IMG/VR virus record: IMGVR_UViG_3300042556_001053
Location: 32,001-96,000 of that record
DNA length: 64,000 bases
DNA from: a virus
Direction: 5' to 3' (one strand)
Both the position numbers and the translations under genes were made by a program. The notes beneath the pieces are model-generated. The model ran no database searches and had not been told where the DNA came from. It saw only the letters and a list, made by a program, of their open reading frames with translations. Below, one piece after another: positions 1 to 10,489 of the stretch. Numbering within the stretch: the first letter of the stretch is position 1; every line of letters begins with the position of its first letter.

Positions 1-141
1 TCCATTAGCCATGCGTGACTGAGACTCAATTAGTTCTGTTGAAATCTGAATAGGCTCTCTATTATGGTCTGTAATGCTTTGCCAGCTATTATCTGCACCA
101 GTTAAAGAAACCTGTATACCTGCACCAATTGTATATGCCAT
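1..141 (-). CDS. Minor/distal tail protein, N-terminus only (truncated by window edge)
   Basis: ATG overlaps the tape measure stop (TAATG); reads MAYTIGAGIQVSLTG...DHNREPIQISTELIESQSRMANG; position directly after the tape measure gene. Confidence 0.6.
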   Translation of the reverse strand, partial: MAYTIGAGIQVSLTGADNSWQSITDHNREPIQISTELIESQSRMANG

Positions 142-3100
142 TAGATGCTAACCTTGTTAGACTTATTATTCTTATTAATTTCAACCTTTAATCGTCTCAT
201 AACTTCGTTTGCAACACCCTCTGGGCTTGCATTGTTACTTGTAATAGGCATATTTATATTATACACGGTACCGCCAGAATTTGTGCTAATGTCTGCAGTT
301 CCATTATTTACCGCATTCATTGCAGCAACTCCATAGTCCTTAACAGATGATGCCTTTACAACAAACTCTCCATTTGAAACACGAATTGATCCTCCACCTG
401 CATAACCAAGTGTTGCTTTAATTGAATCAGAGCGTCCTGTTCCAGGACCCTTGATAAGGCCCCCATTGGCCTTCTTAGGCAGTTTTGCCTTCTCAACGCT
501 AGTTAGCTTAGACCCATCTTTAATCTCAGTTACTCTTGCTCTTAGAGCATCAATTTCGGCATCCTTTTTTCTTAACTCTGTCTCTTTATTAAATTCCATT
601 TGTACATTTCTTGACTGTTGACCAAGCATTGCTGCCTCTATGTAGTTTCCAGAAATTTTAGCTTGTACTGCCTGACTAGCCAGATCTTGAAGCTTCATCT
701 GTAAATCAATCTGTCTTTGAACTTCTTCGTTTGCTGCTTTTTGTGCATCACGCTTAGCTTCTAGTTTATTAATCTCTTTTTCTAACAACTTAATATACTG
801 TTCTTCCGCAGTTAGCTTATCTTTACCCTTGCCTGTTCCATCATCTGGTGACTGATAATCTTTTACATTTGGTGATGTAGAACCTTTTGTAAGCGCTGCA
901 GCTGCTTTTCTTGCTGCATCTCTTGCAGCATTAAAGCTCTTTATAACCTTTTCAGCATTATAAACTCTTATAGCATCATCTGGACCTGCAACTGTTGTAT
1001 TTTGAAGTATAAGCATTGCTTCAATTGCTCCAGAAAGTGCACCAGTTAATCCTAGAGCTTGGGCCTCCATGATAGCTAACTTATTGCCTGTTCCAGTTAT
1101 TCCTTGTGCAGCTTTTTGTAAGTTAGCTGGAAGCGACTTCATCATTTCATTTAGCAAAATAGTTTGTTCTGGCTTTGGCATTGTTGCAATAGATGATCCA
1201 AGCCTTCCCATTCCTTGAGCGAATTGGTCTGCAGATATAGTTCCATTTTTTAGTTGTCCAGTTAAACCATTAATAAAGCCAGTTGCTGCATCTGCTGCAA
1301 GTTTTACATTTTCTTTAGCTCCCTCAGAAAATTGATTAACAACTTTGTTAACTTGACCTACTCTTTGTGCATAAACCATTGTTTGAGTAATTCCTTGATC
1401 AACCTGATCTAATATAGCGTTAAAGTTTTTGTCAAAGTTTAAAATTCCCATATCAGTTGAAAGATCAACATTAGCAAAGTTAAACTTAAAATCAGTCTTT
1501 CCAGATTCTTCTTGCAAAGCTTTTATAATTAAATCAATTTGTTCTTTGGCAAATCCAGAACCACGAAGCTGAATAGCAATAGAGTCAAAAACTAACTTGG
1601 CTTGCTGATTACTTCCTTTTCTTAAGGACTCAATGTCTTTCTTAAAGTCTTTTTGAAAGTTTTCATTTTCTTGTAATGAATCAATCTGAGATTGTTCTTG
1701 TGAATTTGCACCAGTGTTATCTGTAGCATTATCTCTAGATAAAAAGTCAAGCTTGGTTGGAACCACCCCGAAGAAATCTCCAAGTGTCTTAAGCTTCTTT
1801 TCAGATACTAATGCAGCATCTCCAAGACCTTCAACAGCAAGACGCTCACGCTCTTTTGCTGCATTAAGAAGTTTAACTATGCCGACTGTTGCTGCTAAGC
1901 CTAAAGCTACTAACTTAAATGGTCCTGGTAGAAGAGCTAATACCATCTTTAGTGCTTGGAATCCAAATACCGCTGGCATAATCTTTTGTGCAAGCTCTCC
2001 CATTTTGCCAGGTAGGAATGCTGCTGCTATCATTGCAGAGTTTCCTGCCATACCAACTGCTGCTCCACGTCCTGCAAACTTTGATCCAACCTTACCTGCT
2101 GCACCCTTAGCCTTTGACATTCTAGATTGTTTTTCAGGAGTTGTCATTGGAAGGAATACTGTTCCAGCTGGTGCCACTGGTCCAATACCTGCAGGTCCTT
2201 GTTTTCTTGATGCTTTTCCAGACCTTGTTCCAGAAACAACAGCGTCTCCAAGGGCTTTTCCTGCTTTGTTAGCATCTTTCTTTTTAGACTTTACACCATC
2301 TGCTAAACTTTTTCCTGCATTTGCTCCTGCGTCGCTCATCTCTTTGGATGGAGATGAAATACGAAGAGCTGATCTTGCACCACTAATAAGTGCAGATGTA
2401 GCTGCTTCAACTAAGCTTTTTCCTTTAAGCGCAAAGTCTTTTGCTACCAAAGCTGATATTTGAACTGCGCCTCGTCCACCGTAAGCTGCTTGTCTTTCTC
2501 CTGCTTTTTGATTTAAGAAGCTAACTTTGTTTGAGCTTCTTGGTCTTCCAGTAGCAGTATCTCTAGCAACTCCTCCGCCTGTTCCTGCAGGTGCAACAAC
2601 AAACTCACCAGTTCCTGACTTTATCATAGCTGCTAAATATTTACGCTTTGCTTCTAATATTTGCTTTTCTGTTGTTAGTCCAGACTGCTTAAGTTTTGCT
2701 AGTTCAGTGTCTACTTTTGAAAGTCTTTCATCAGCAATCATTCCTGCTTGCTCTACAGTAATTCTCTTACCGTCAATTTTAATTCTAGCATCTGCCAGCA
2801 ATCCTTCAGTAATTGCTTGCTTAGCGTTTGCTCTCATGTAATCAATTCTTGATTTAGTTGCACCGTTTGAGTCTTGTAGTAAAGCTCTTGCAGTTGCACC
2901 TTCTCTAGATAGCTGCTCAAGCTCTACGGTGTGCTTTTGTGTTGAAACCTTGTTTTCTCTCAGAGCTACAGCTGCTTGATCTCCTGCTTCGGCCAAAGCA
3001 TCTAGTGTAAAAGGCTCTCCCTTAACACCAATTGCATTAAACATTGTATTTCTTGAACCTGTGCCAAGAGTTGTTGTACCACCGAAAGATCTTCCACCAG

Positions 3101-5483
3101 CTAGTACAGCATTGTCATCCTTGACTGAACCAACCAACTCTTCTTGACTCTTTACTAAATCATATCCTTCGCCATCTACTTTGTTTGTAAGCTTAAGGAC
3201 TGTTGTTGAAAATCCTTTAAGCTCATCTCCAACTAGTCTAATTGTTCTTGCAAGTTCACTTGGTGCCGTAACATCAAAGTGAGATGCAACTGCAGATGTA
3301 GAGGTATTTGTAACAAACCTAGATCCCAAACCTTCTGCATATCCAGGTATATTGTCAGCAATCATTCCATTAATAAGGCCAGCGTACTTCTTGCTCATCT
3401 TGGTTGGAATTACTGTTTCTCCTGGCATTAGTAATGCTAGTTCTGAGTCTTGATTTCCTGTACCGCCAACTACCGCAGGCTTACCCTTTGCTCTCTTCTT
3501 AATTGGGCCACGGCCTATAGGCATGGCTGTTGGCATAAAGTTTTTTTGCGCTGCAATTGCTCTAGTGTATGCTCCAGTTAGCTTGTCTACTGATGCTGCT
3601 TCCGCCGTGAATGTTTGTGCAAGATTTCTATGAATTTGATCAAGAGATGCTGCTACTGCTGCTGCATTTCTTTGTTCAAGAGTCATGTACTTAACTTCAG
3701 TGCCAAGAGTTGCAGATGACTGACCAGTTTTATTAAAGAGGGTCTTCATTGCTGTAAAGCCCTTAATTATATTTGCAACACCGTTTGCAAGCAAACCGAA
3801 TGTCATTAATAAGATTGGTCCTAGCCCAGCAATAGCTGTTGTTGCAATAACTATTGCTTTCTTTGTTCCATCTCCAAGATTATTAAATCTATCTAATATG
3901 TTTGAAACAAATTCAGCAATTGGTGTTACTGCCTTCAAAAACTCTTCACCTACTGGAACCAATGAAAGCTTTAGATTTTCAACAGCACCCTTAAATTTAT
4001 TCATAGCCGATTCTGAAGTCATGCCTAATTCTTTTTCAGACAGCGATGCTAGTTCTTGAACAGATGCACCAGCTAGGTCAAGAACACGTGCTGCCTGTGT
4101 ACCATCTTTGGTAACGTTGGCAAAAAGTGTAGATAAACGAGCAAACTGGAACTTACCAAACATTTGCTCAATAACCTGAGCTCTATTTAGTGGATCAAGT
4201 TGATTTAAAGCTGTAGCAAACTCAACAACAGTTGCCTTAAGGTTTCCTCTATTATCTTCTACAATCTTTTTTGCATTGATTCCAAAAGCTAAAAGCATAT
4301 CGTTTGCTTTTCCAGTTGGATTAATTAAAGATCCAAGACCAGACTTTAATGCGTTAGCCCCTTCTGATGCATTAATTCCACCTTCTTTCATTGCAGTCAT
4401 AAAGAATGCTAAATCTTTAAGATCTCCACCAAGTTGTTCAACTACTGGTGCAGCTTTTGGAATTGCAGTTGACATATCATCAAGAGATAGAACAGTCTGG
4501 TTTTCTACTGCGTTAAGAAAATCAATTGATTCTGCAAGCTTTTCAGAAGACATTGAGAAAGCATTTTGTAAAGCAATTGTTGTTTCAAGTGCTTTCTGGC
4601 TATCTACTTGTCCCAGAATAGAAAGTTTGGTTGCTGCAGTTGTCTGTCTTTGAAGATCTAGTCCTTGAAAACCTGCTGCTGCAGCTTCTGCTGCAAGTCC
4701 AACTGTTTGAGAAACGGCAACACCATACTTAGTAAACTGCTTTCCAAGTTCTGTTATTCCTTCTAGTGCTGCTTGGGTTTCTGATGCTGGTGTAAATAAA
4801 TCTCCGTATACCTTCTTAAAACGAATAGCCTGAGTTTCCATATCCATAAATGTTTTTGATGCTGCTGCACCAACACTTATTAATGGAAGTGTAAAACCAA
4901 CCATAAGCTGACGACCAGCCCATTGTGTATTTTTACCAAAGTTAAGTAGGTTTGTAGATCCTTGCTTTAAAAGCTGATTAAGTAATGCTTGCTTTTCAGA
5001 AGCAATCATTGTCTTTGTTGCAAGATCATTCATGTCAAGAGACAGAGGTCTTACAGCAATTGCCTTCATAGCACCGTTTGCATCACGGCCCATCTTAATG
5101 TATTGTGTCTGAAGGTCTTTTACGTTTTCTCTAGCAACCTTGTTTATTGTCTCAAATTCAGACTTAAACAATCTACCAAAAGTTTTTGATGCTCCACCAG
5201 CATACCTAAAGTATTCTCCAAGTGAGAACTTATTCTTCTCTAAAGAATTTGTGAACGACTCAGTGGTTGTTCTGATTGTTTTCATCTGGGCAGAGAACTT
5301 GCCCGTAGCATTAATTGAGTTAATTAAGCCTTGCTGCATTTGAGCAGTAACTGCATTAGCTGCAGCTCCGCCCTTTGCCATTGATGTATGAAAGGCTGAT
5401 ATCTGTCTCTGTAAGTTTTTGATATTCGCCAGTGCTTCAGCAGTATCAATACTTACCTTAATATTGGACTGAGCATCAGCCAT
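141..5483 (-). CDS. Tail tape measure protein
   Basis: 1780 aa, Ala/Gly/Lys-rich and helical; TP901-like core (MKEGGINASEGANALKSGL); C-terminal GPGTGRSDSI...SNGEFVV motif; follows major tail and chaperones. Confidence 0.92.
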   Translation of the reverse strand: MADAQSNIKVSIDTAEALANIKNLQRQISAFHTSMAKGGAAANAVTAQMQQGLINSINATGKFSAQMKTIRTTTESFTNSLEKNKFSLGEYFRYAGGASKTFGRLFKSEFETINKVARENVKDLQTQYIKMGRDANGAMKAIAVRPLSLDMNDLATKTMIASEKQALLNQLLKQGSTNLLNFGKNTQWAGRQLMVGFTLPLISVGAAASKTFMDMETQAIRFKKVYGDLFTPASETQAALEGITELGKQFTKYGVAVSQTVGLAAEAAAAGFQGLDLQRQTTAATKLSILGQVDSQKALETTIALQNAFSMSSEKLAESIDFLNAVENQTVLSLDDMSTAIPKAAPVVEQLGGDLKDLAFFMTAMKEGGINASEGANALKSGLGSLINPTGKANDMLLAFGINAKKIVEDNRGNLKATVVEFATALNQLDPLNRAQVIEQMFGKFQFARLSTLFANVTKDGTQAARVLDLAGASVQELASLSEKELGMTSESAMNKFKGAVENLKLSLVPVGEEFLKAVTPIAEFVSNILDRFNNLGDGTKKAIVIATTAIAGLGPILLMTFGLLANGVANIIKGFTAMKTLFNKTGQSSATLGTEVKYMTLEQRNAAAVAASLDQIHRNLAQTFTAEAASVDKLTGAYTRAIAAQKNFMPTAMPIGRGPIKKRAKGKPAVVGGTGNQDSELALLMPGETVIPTKMSKKYAGLINGMIADNIPGYAEGLGSRFVTNTSTSAVASHFDVTAPSELARTIRLVGDELKGFSTTVLKLTNKVDGEGYDLVKSQEELVGSVKDDNAVLAGGRSFGGTTTLGTGSRNTMFNAIGVKGEPFTLDALAEAGDQAAVALRENKVSTQKHTVELEQLSREGATARALLQDSNGATKSRIDYMRANAKQAITEGLLADARIKIDGKRITVEQAGMIADERLSKVDTELAKLKQSGLTTEKQILEAKRKYLAAMIKSGTGEFVVAPAGTGGGVARDTATGRPRSSNKVSFLNQKAGERQAAYGGRGAVQISALVAKDFALKGKSLVEAATSALISGARSALRISSPSKEMSDAGANAGKSLADGVKSKKKDANKAGKALGDAVVSGTRSGKASRKQGPAGIGPVAPAGTVFLPMTTPEKQSRMSKAKGAAGKVGSKFAGRGAAVGMAGNSAMIAAAFLPGKMGELAQKIMPAVFGFQALKMVLALLPGPFKLVALGLAATVGIVKLLNAAKERERLAVEGLGDAALVSEKKLKTLGDFFGVVPTKLDFLSRDNATDNTGANSQEQSQIDSLQENENFQKDFKKDIESLRKGSNQQAKLVFDSIAIQLRGSGFAKEQIDLIIKALQEESGKTDFKFNFANVDLSTDMGILNFDKNFNAILDQVDQGITQTMVYAQRVGQVNKVVNQFSEGAKENVKLAADAATGFINGLTGQLKNGTISADQFAQGMGRLGSSIATMPKPEQTILLNEMMKSLPANLQKAAQGITGTGNKLAIMEAQALGLTGALSGAIEAMLILQNTTVAGPDDAIRVYNAEKVIKSFNAARDAARKAAAALTKGSTSPNVKDYQSPDDGTGKGKDKLTAEEQYIKLLEKEINKLEAKRDAQKAANEEVQRQIDLQMKLQDLASQAVQAKISGNYIEAAMLGQQSRNVQMEFNKETELRKKDAEIDALRARVTEIKDGSKLTSVEKAKLPKKANGGLIKGPGTGRSDSIKATLGYAGGGSIRVSNGEFVVKASSVKDYGVAAMNAVNNGTADISTNSGGTVYNINMPITSNNASPEGVANEVMRRLKVEINKNNKSNKVSI

Positions 5484-5507
5484 TCATTACACCTCTTTAT
5501 TTAATTA

Positions 5508-5837
5508 TTACTCATCTGCATTGCTGGCAAAGAGTGTTGCTGCTTCAGAAATTGGAACTCCTGATGCTACTTCAACAATCTTATACACAGTAGGCAAATC
5601 AATATTTTCTTCCAGAGCAGCAATATCTGATGCTAGTTCTGGCTTGTATTGCTCCATTGCGATTAGTACACATTCCATTAGTAGATTAATTGACTTCTCA
5701 TTATCATCTACTACCTCTGCAATACCCTCAAACTTTTTCATAAACTTTCGTAAAAGTGAAATCTTAAGCGGTCTTAGAGTAATTTCTGTACCATCAATTA
5801 GCTTAATCTGTTGTGATTCATAAACAGTTGTTGCCAT
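5508..5837 (-). CDS. Tail assembly chaperone (gpG-like, short form)
   Basis: Between major tail and tape measure genes; GGAGG RBS; own TGCTATAAT promoter. Confidence 0.75.
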   Translation of the reverse strand: MATTVYESQQIKLIDGTEITLRPLKISLLRKFMKKFEGIAEVVDDNEKSINLLMECVLIAMEQYKPELASDIAALEENIDLPTVYKIVEVASGVPISEAATLFASNADE

Positions 5838-5886
5838 GTTGATCCCTCCCTAGGTTTGTATCAATTATAGCATAATAAGGCTTATT

Positions 5887-6585
5887 TTATCTAAGATCTT
5901 CGTATTCAAGACCCATGCCAATACCAAACCCTGCCTTCTTAGCATTTTGTCCTTGTAGTGATAAAACGTCACTACTATCATTTGTTGCACCACGACTAAA
6001 GACTCTAGCCTTCATGTTTTCCCATTCTTTTTGGCCACGGTCTGAGTCGGTATTATCCTCTAAGTCAACACCCTGTATTGCTGCAAAGAATTTCTTTTCT
6101 TGATAATCTAAATCTCTTTTGCTAGATATGATTGCTATAATTTCTGATAAAGATAACGACTCTTCTAGTTCAGAATAGTCCTTCCATATACCCAGCAAGA
6201 ATACTTCAGACTCTAACTTAGCTAGATCAAAGTCTTCCCAGGATGGTCCTGGATCTCCCTTTTGTGCTTGTGTCTTTACATCTTCTTCTTGGCTTTCGCC
6301 AATCTTAATGTTTCCAGCTATATCTAATATTTCGTGCACCGTTGGCAAATCAATGTTATCTTCTAACTCTTCTATGCTTTTAGATACTGGTGGATAGTAT
6401 TGCTTCATGGCAATTCTTGTGCATTCAAGTAATACCATCATAGCTTCATCATCATCTTTGGTATACCTAATATCATTAAAGGCATCCATAAACTCTCTAA
6501 GATACTTAATCTTAAGAGGCATTATCTCTATTTCTGTACCGTCAAACAAATAAATATTTTTTGTCTTATATATTGATGTAGCCAT
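5887..6585 (-). CDS. Tail assembly chaperone (gpGT-like long form, N-half paralogous to 5508..5837)
   Basis: Shares DGTEI..PLKI..LR.FM and LE.NIDLPTV motifs with the short chaperone; extra C-terminal domain. Confidence 0.7.
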   Translation of the reverse strand: MATSIYKTKNIYLFDGTEIEIMPLKIKYLREFMDAFNDIRYTKDDDEAMMVLLECTRIAMKQYYPPVSKSIEELEDNIDLPTVHEILDIAGNIKIGESQEEDVKTQAQKGDPGPSWEDFDLAKLESEVFLLGIWKDYSELEESLSLSEIIAIISSKRDLDYQEKKFFAAIQGVDLEDNTDSDRGQKEWENMKARVFSRGATNDSSDVLSLQGQNAKKAGFGIGMGLEYEDLR

Positions 6586-6614
6586 AGTCTATTAAGTTTA
6601 CCATAAAAACAACA

Positions 6615-6641
6615 AAGCCCACCTCGTTATGAGATGGGCTA
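6615..6641 (-). terminator. Intrinsic terminator after major tail gene
   Basis: AGCCCA/TGGGCT hairpin followed by a U-rich run on the minus strand. Confidence 0.6.
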
Positions 6642-6662
6642 AGTCGTATTATTAAGTTGTTA

Positions 6663-7304
6663 TTATGAAGCGTCGCCGAAGGTGCGATCAACGATCTTAC
6701 CGTATGATCCACTATCGTCTGGTAGAAGACGGAATGAAACTTCAAACATTGATGCTTCATCACGCTTTGCAGATACTGTTACATTCTCAATTGATAGTGC
6801 ACGGTATGCTGTATAAACACGCTCTACGGATGCAGAGTCTTCACAGTCGCCAGTTCCTGGACCAATTGCAACGATTCCTCGCTCAACTGGGCATTCACCG
6901 ATATCTCCTGCTGACAAGTCTAATGTCTTGTCTCCATTAAGTGCTGTAGTAAGCTTTGAATCACCATATGCTAGTGCCAAAAGAAGATTTTCTAGTGTGG
7001 CCTCAGCAAAGGCTGTTGCAAGATTGACTTGCATTCCCTGCTTATAAAGCTTAGCAACGTCAAGAATTTGATCAACCTGTACTTCGCCGAAGTCTGGCTG
7101 AAACTGTAGTTCAAGACCGTTCATTGTGTAACCTACGTTAGTGTATGAATTATCGTTTGTTAGAGTATCTCTATATGAGTTTGCATTAACGAAAGCTGCT
7201 TGTGGGTTAGTGCCACCAGCTGGAGTCAATACAGAGTCTGAAACAAAAAGTGCTGCAGCTCCAACGATGATGTTGTTCTTAGTTCCACGTGTGTAGTTTG
7301 CCAT
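6663..7304 (-). CDS. Major tail (tube) protein
   Basis: 213 aa; NIIVGAA..F and VGYT.NGLEL.F.P motifs typical of siphovirus tubes; synteny; strong RBS. Confidence 0.85.
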   Translation of the reverse strand: MANYTRGTKNNIIVGAAALFVSDSVLTPAGGTNPQAAFVNANSYRDTLTNDNSYTNVGYTMNGLELQFQPDFGEVQVDQILDVAKLYKQGMQVNLATAFAEATLENLLLALAYGDSKLTTALNGDKTLDLSAGDIGECPVERGIVAIGPGTGDCEDSASVERVYTAYRALSIENVTVSAKRDEASMFEVSFRLLPDDSGSYGKIVDRTFGDAS

Positions 7305-7380
7305 TTATTCACCTCTTTCTGTAAAAATAGATATTAAATTGTACGGCGTTCTGTTTCCTCAAGTCAATTATAACAGTCTT

Positions 7381-7986
7381 TTATAGGATAATTTTTGTGG
7401 CTAGTTTCTCAGGCTGCCAGTCAGAGTAGCCTACTGAGTCTTTCCCGTCAGAGCCTATGACTGGATTTTGATGATATTCAAAGTCAATTATTATCTTGTT
7501 GCCCCCATAGGTGCGGGCTGTACCAAAGTCAATGATATCCCTTGTTTCTTCAAGCTGATATACCTTGAAGTTGTGGAAGTAGAAAATATTGTCTATTAGG
7601 TCTGGGCTCTGATCTGTGCCTAGATTTATCTGTCTATTAGAGCACCAGTTGTTTACTTCTTCTGCTGTTTCATCAAAACGATCCATAAGTCTAAGCACTG
7701 CTTCTTGGACCTTAACCATGTTTTCTATATTATTATCAGCAGTGGCATAGAAATAGTAAAGGATCTGCTCAGACTTTATGTGTGGAAAACCCTTACGATT
7801 CATCTTAATAAGCCTGTCCCATGTACCCATTACTCCTCCTGCTGGAAAAGATCCTGTAAGATCATCCAATATTGAAGGAGTTGATGGAAAAAATGGAAAT
7901 TCAATATCTGTAATACCAGACACTCTGTCTTGTAAATACTTGTTAATCCAAAGAACTGGTGTATTTAAAAGTGAGTCATTTGCCAT
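7381..7986 (-). CDS. Tail completion/terminator protein (putative)
   Basis: Synteny just upstream of major tail gene; TAATG coupling. Confidence 0.55.
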   Translation of the reverse strand: MANDSLLNTPVLWINKYLQDRVSGITDIEFPFFPSTPSILDDLTGSFPAGGVMGTWDRLIKMNRKGFPHIKSEQILYYFYATADNNIENMVKVQEAVLRLMDRFDETAEEVNNWCSNRQINLGTDQSPDLIDNIFYFHNFKVYQLEETRDIIDFGTARTYGGNKIIIDFEYHQNPVIGSDGKDSVGYSDWQPEKLATKIIL

Positions 7987-8657
7987 TATTTAATCCCCGC
8001 ATTCGCTATCCATCTATAGCCTACTTGGTATCCCTTGATCTTGCCAGAGGATTTGCCTGCTGATAGATTCTTTCTGTATACATCTGCATTATTAAAGTAT
8101 TGATAAATACCACTTGACTTTAGAAATGCCTGAGTAAAATATCTAGTAAAAAATGTATCTACTACTTTTTGGAAAGAGCCAGTTGTTGCTCTTCCTCCAG
8201 GTGACTGTACTACAACCTCGCCTTTAGTAAAGACTGTTTCTCCACCATCTTCAAAAACCAAAACGTCTGATCTTTTTGGTCTTATGGTTACTGGAGTGCC
8301 TTCTTCCATTATTTTTGCCTTGTTATAAAAAGGTACTGATGAGCCATCCTTAATTGATGTTGATTGCTTAAATGTTGACACAAACGAAAGGCCAAGGTTG
8401 CTTATTGTATAGTTTATATCGTATAGACGTGCATCAGGACTTCCCACTTTAGACCATTCATATATATGATGTAGTGCTTCTGGATTTACCCTGGCATTTG
8501 AGTCTATGTATTGTTCCAATAGTTCTTTTGTCATTACTCCAACATTATTTAAAAACTTTATTTTTCCTGCTTGTACGCCTTCTAAGAATCCAATTGAGTA
8601 GTTCATGATATTCTTCATGTCTTTTTTAAAAGCAACGTCATTCATTATAACTTTCAT
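7986..8657 (-). CDS. Neck/tail completion protein (putative)
   Basis: Basic 223-aa ORF in the head-tail connector block. Confidence 0.5.
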   Translation of the reverse strand: MKVIMNDVAFKKDMKNIMNYSIGFLEGVQAGKIKFLNNVGVMTKELLEQYIDSNARVNPEALHHIYEWSKVGSPDARLYDINYTISNLGLSFVSTFKQSTSIKDGSSVPFYNKAKIMEEGTPVTIRPKRSDVLVFEDGGETVFTKGEVVVQSPGGRATTGSFQKVVDTFFTRYFTQAFLKSSGIYQYFNNADVYRKNLSAGKSSGKIKGYQVGYRWIANAGIK

Positions 8658-9103
8658 TATAGGTCACTTGCCTGATTCTCTGATCTTCTCAAGACTACCT
8701 TGTAGTACTCTACACTGCCAAACGGACCAACTATAGCTTCAGTTGATGCTATTTCATATATAGTTGAGCGTCCGTTTCTTGGACCAGAGGTTTCTAGGTA
8801 TACGTCTTCTTGCTGTGGTGTTCTTATATTTGTTACGACTACGTTAGTTACTGAGTTTCTGTTGTTTGATGAGGATACTCTAAGGTCTGTCTTGGTTCTT
8901 CCTAATAATATATTTTCTTTAGTTATGTTAACATTTGGCTTAACATCTTCAGATGCTGATTGACCAGTAGGTGCAAAGTTGCAGGCAATAGATCTGTCAA
9001 GAATCCATTGCTTCTTTACGTTACCGTATGCTCCCTGATCTACTATTGGATAGTAGACATCTGCAAGCATTGGGTATAAAAAGTCTGTTGGCTCGCATTG
9101 CAT
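8657..9103 (-). CDS. Head closure (stopper) protein (putative)
   Basis: 148 aa, beta-rich, follows the adaptor gene. Confidence 0.55.
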   Translation of the reverse strand: MQCEPTDFLYPMLADVYYPIVDQGAYGNVKKQWILDRSIACNFAPTGQSASEDVKPNVNITKENILLGRTKTDLRVSSSNNRNSVTNVVVTNIRTPQQEDVYLETSGPRNGRSTIYEIASTEAIVGPFGSVEYYKVVLRRSENQASDL

Positions 9104-10065
9104 TAAAGAATACCTATTCTTGTTATACTCTTCTTATACTTATCAAGGATCTTATCAACAAGCATATTTCCAGTACCGTCAAGAACTGTTTTGTCAAACT
9201 GAACTCTAAACTGCTCTGTATTGTATGATGTCACATATCTCTTGTAATAGTCTATTTTTCCACACTTGATGTCTTCAATAAGCATTGATGCTGCTTCATA
9301 TATGTCATGTGGAACAACCTTGTATCCCGTTTCAAGTAAGAACAGGTAATCCCATCCTTCTGGGAAATGTGATCCAGTTGAGAATGTATATGCGTTTTCA
9401 CTGTAATCTGTATCATAAACATTAAATGAATCTGATGAAGCAGTACTAATAGTTGAGCTCTTTTGCTCAGATCTATTTCCAATCATTCCTGCTTCTTCTG
9501 TGTTTTTTATTATGGCAGTTTTATCTTTTGTTAATTCGTATACCCATTCACCAAGAACAGGAGATTCTAAACTTGCATCATAAACTAGTAATGAGTTTTC
9601 ATATGCCTTTAAGATCTTGTAAGTTCTGTCCCAAATAGGAAGGTAATCCGTTGCTTGTCCAGTCTTATCAAGCCACTCAATCTTGTAGTAGAATCCACCA
9701 GTAATTGAGTCAATTATGGCTCTTGCAATTCTTTCATACTGTGCATACTCTGCAATCTCAGATGCTGTTGTTGCTAGTCTGGCAGGGTTTACATATGGTC
9801 TTTTTATTTCTAGGTTATCTTCAACAACAATTAAATCTTGATCTACAGATTCCTGGTAAACAACCAGATAGTAGCTATCGTCATACTTAGTAAAATCCCC
9901 AGAAACTTCTATAGCAATCTTTGCGTCTGCAGAAGACTCTACTTCATACTCTGCAAGTATGTCGTTTCTGTCTTTGTCCTTGATATGAACTATATGATCC
10001 GTCTCTGGCTCTGCAACGGTATATGTAACAAGAATAGGATATGGTGGTAGTCTTAAGGCTTCCAT
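9103..10065 (-). CDS. Head-tail adaptor protein (putative)
   Basis: C-terminal GYKVVPHDIYEAASMLI...ILDKY resembles gp6/gp15-type adaptors; synteny. Confidence 0.6.
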   Translation of the reverse strand: MEALRLPPYPILVTYTVAEPETDHIVHIKDKDRNDILAEYEVESSADAKIAIEVSGDFTKYDDSYYLVVYQESVDQDLIVVEDNLEIKRPYVNPARLATTASEIAEYAQYERIARAIIDSITGGFYYKIEWLDKTGQATDYLPIWDRTYKILKAYENSLLVYDASLESPVLGEWVYELTKDKTAIIKNTEEAGMIGNRSEQKSSTISTASSDSFNVYDTDYSENAYTFSTGSHFPEGWDYLFLLETGYKVVPHDIYEAASMLIEDIKCGKIDYYKRYVTSYNTEQFRVQFDKTVLDGTGNMLVDKILDKYKKSITRIGIL

Positions 10066-10068
10066 TGT

Positions 10069-10407
10069 TTACTTACCGTATGCTCTCTTCACTTCTTCTG
10101 GAGAAGCTGTGCGTACAGACTTGTTTGTTATCCATTTATCAGCATCCTCCTTAGTGACTATGTTGTACCCCTTGGTTAACTCACCAACGCCATTCCAGTG
10201 AAGATTGCGAACTGAATAAACTGCTACCTTCTCTTTTGGCTCTTGCTTTTTAACCACTAGCTCTGATGACTCTTTAGGCACAAAGCTAAAAATTACCTCT
10301 AAAATATCATTTTTTGTACTTACCCCAAATAGGTCAATGTTATTTTTCTTTGCGTATGACTTTAGTTCAAAGACAGTCTTACTTTTTAATTCATCTATTA
10401 ATGACAT
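10069..10407 (-). CDS. Small protein with Rho-N/HeH-like N-terminal motif
   Basis: LKSKTVFELKSYAKKNNIDL...KNDILEVI; GGAGG RBS before the ATG at 10407. Confidence 0.55.
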   Translation of the reverse strand: MSLIDELKSKTVFELKSYAKKNNIDLFGVSTKNDILEVIFSFVPKESSELVVKKQEPKEKVAVYSVRNLHWNGVGELTKGYNIVTKEDADKWITNKSVRTASPEEVKRAYGK

Positions 10408-10444
10408 TGTATCCTCCACTGCTATTATATCAGAATATGACTAA

Positions 10445-10470
10445 GGGAGACAGTTTTTACGCTGTCTCCC
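10445..10470 (-). terminator. Terminator-like hairpin after major capsid gene
   Basis: GGGAGACAG...CTGTCTCCC, 9-bp stem. Confidence 0.6.
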
Positions 10471-10489
10471 TCGTCAAGTTAATTTGAGA

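Noticed and set aside
5508-6585. Programmed -1 frameshift in the tail chaperones
   Set aside because: The ORFs do not overlap, are separated by a promoter and RBS, and the long form is already a single frame.
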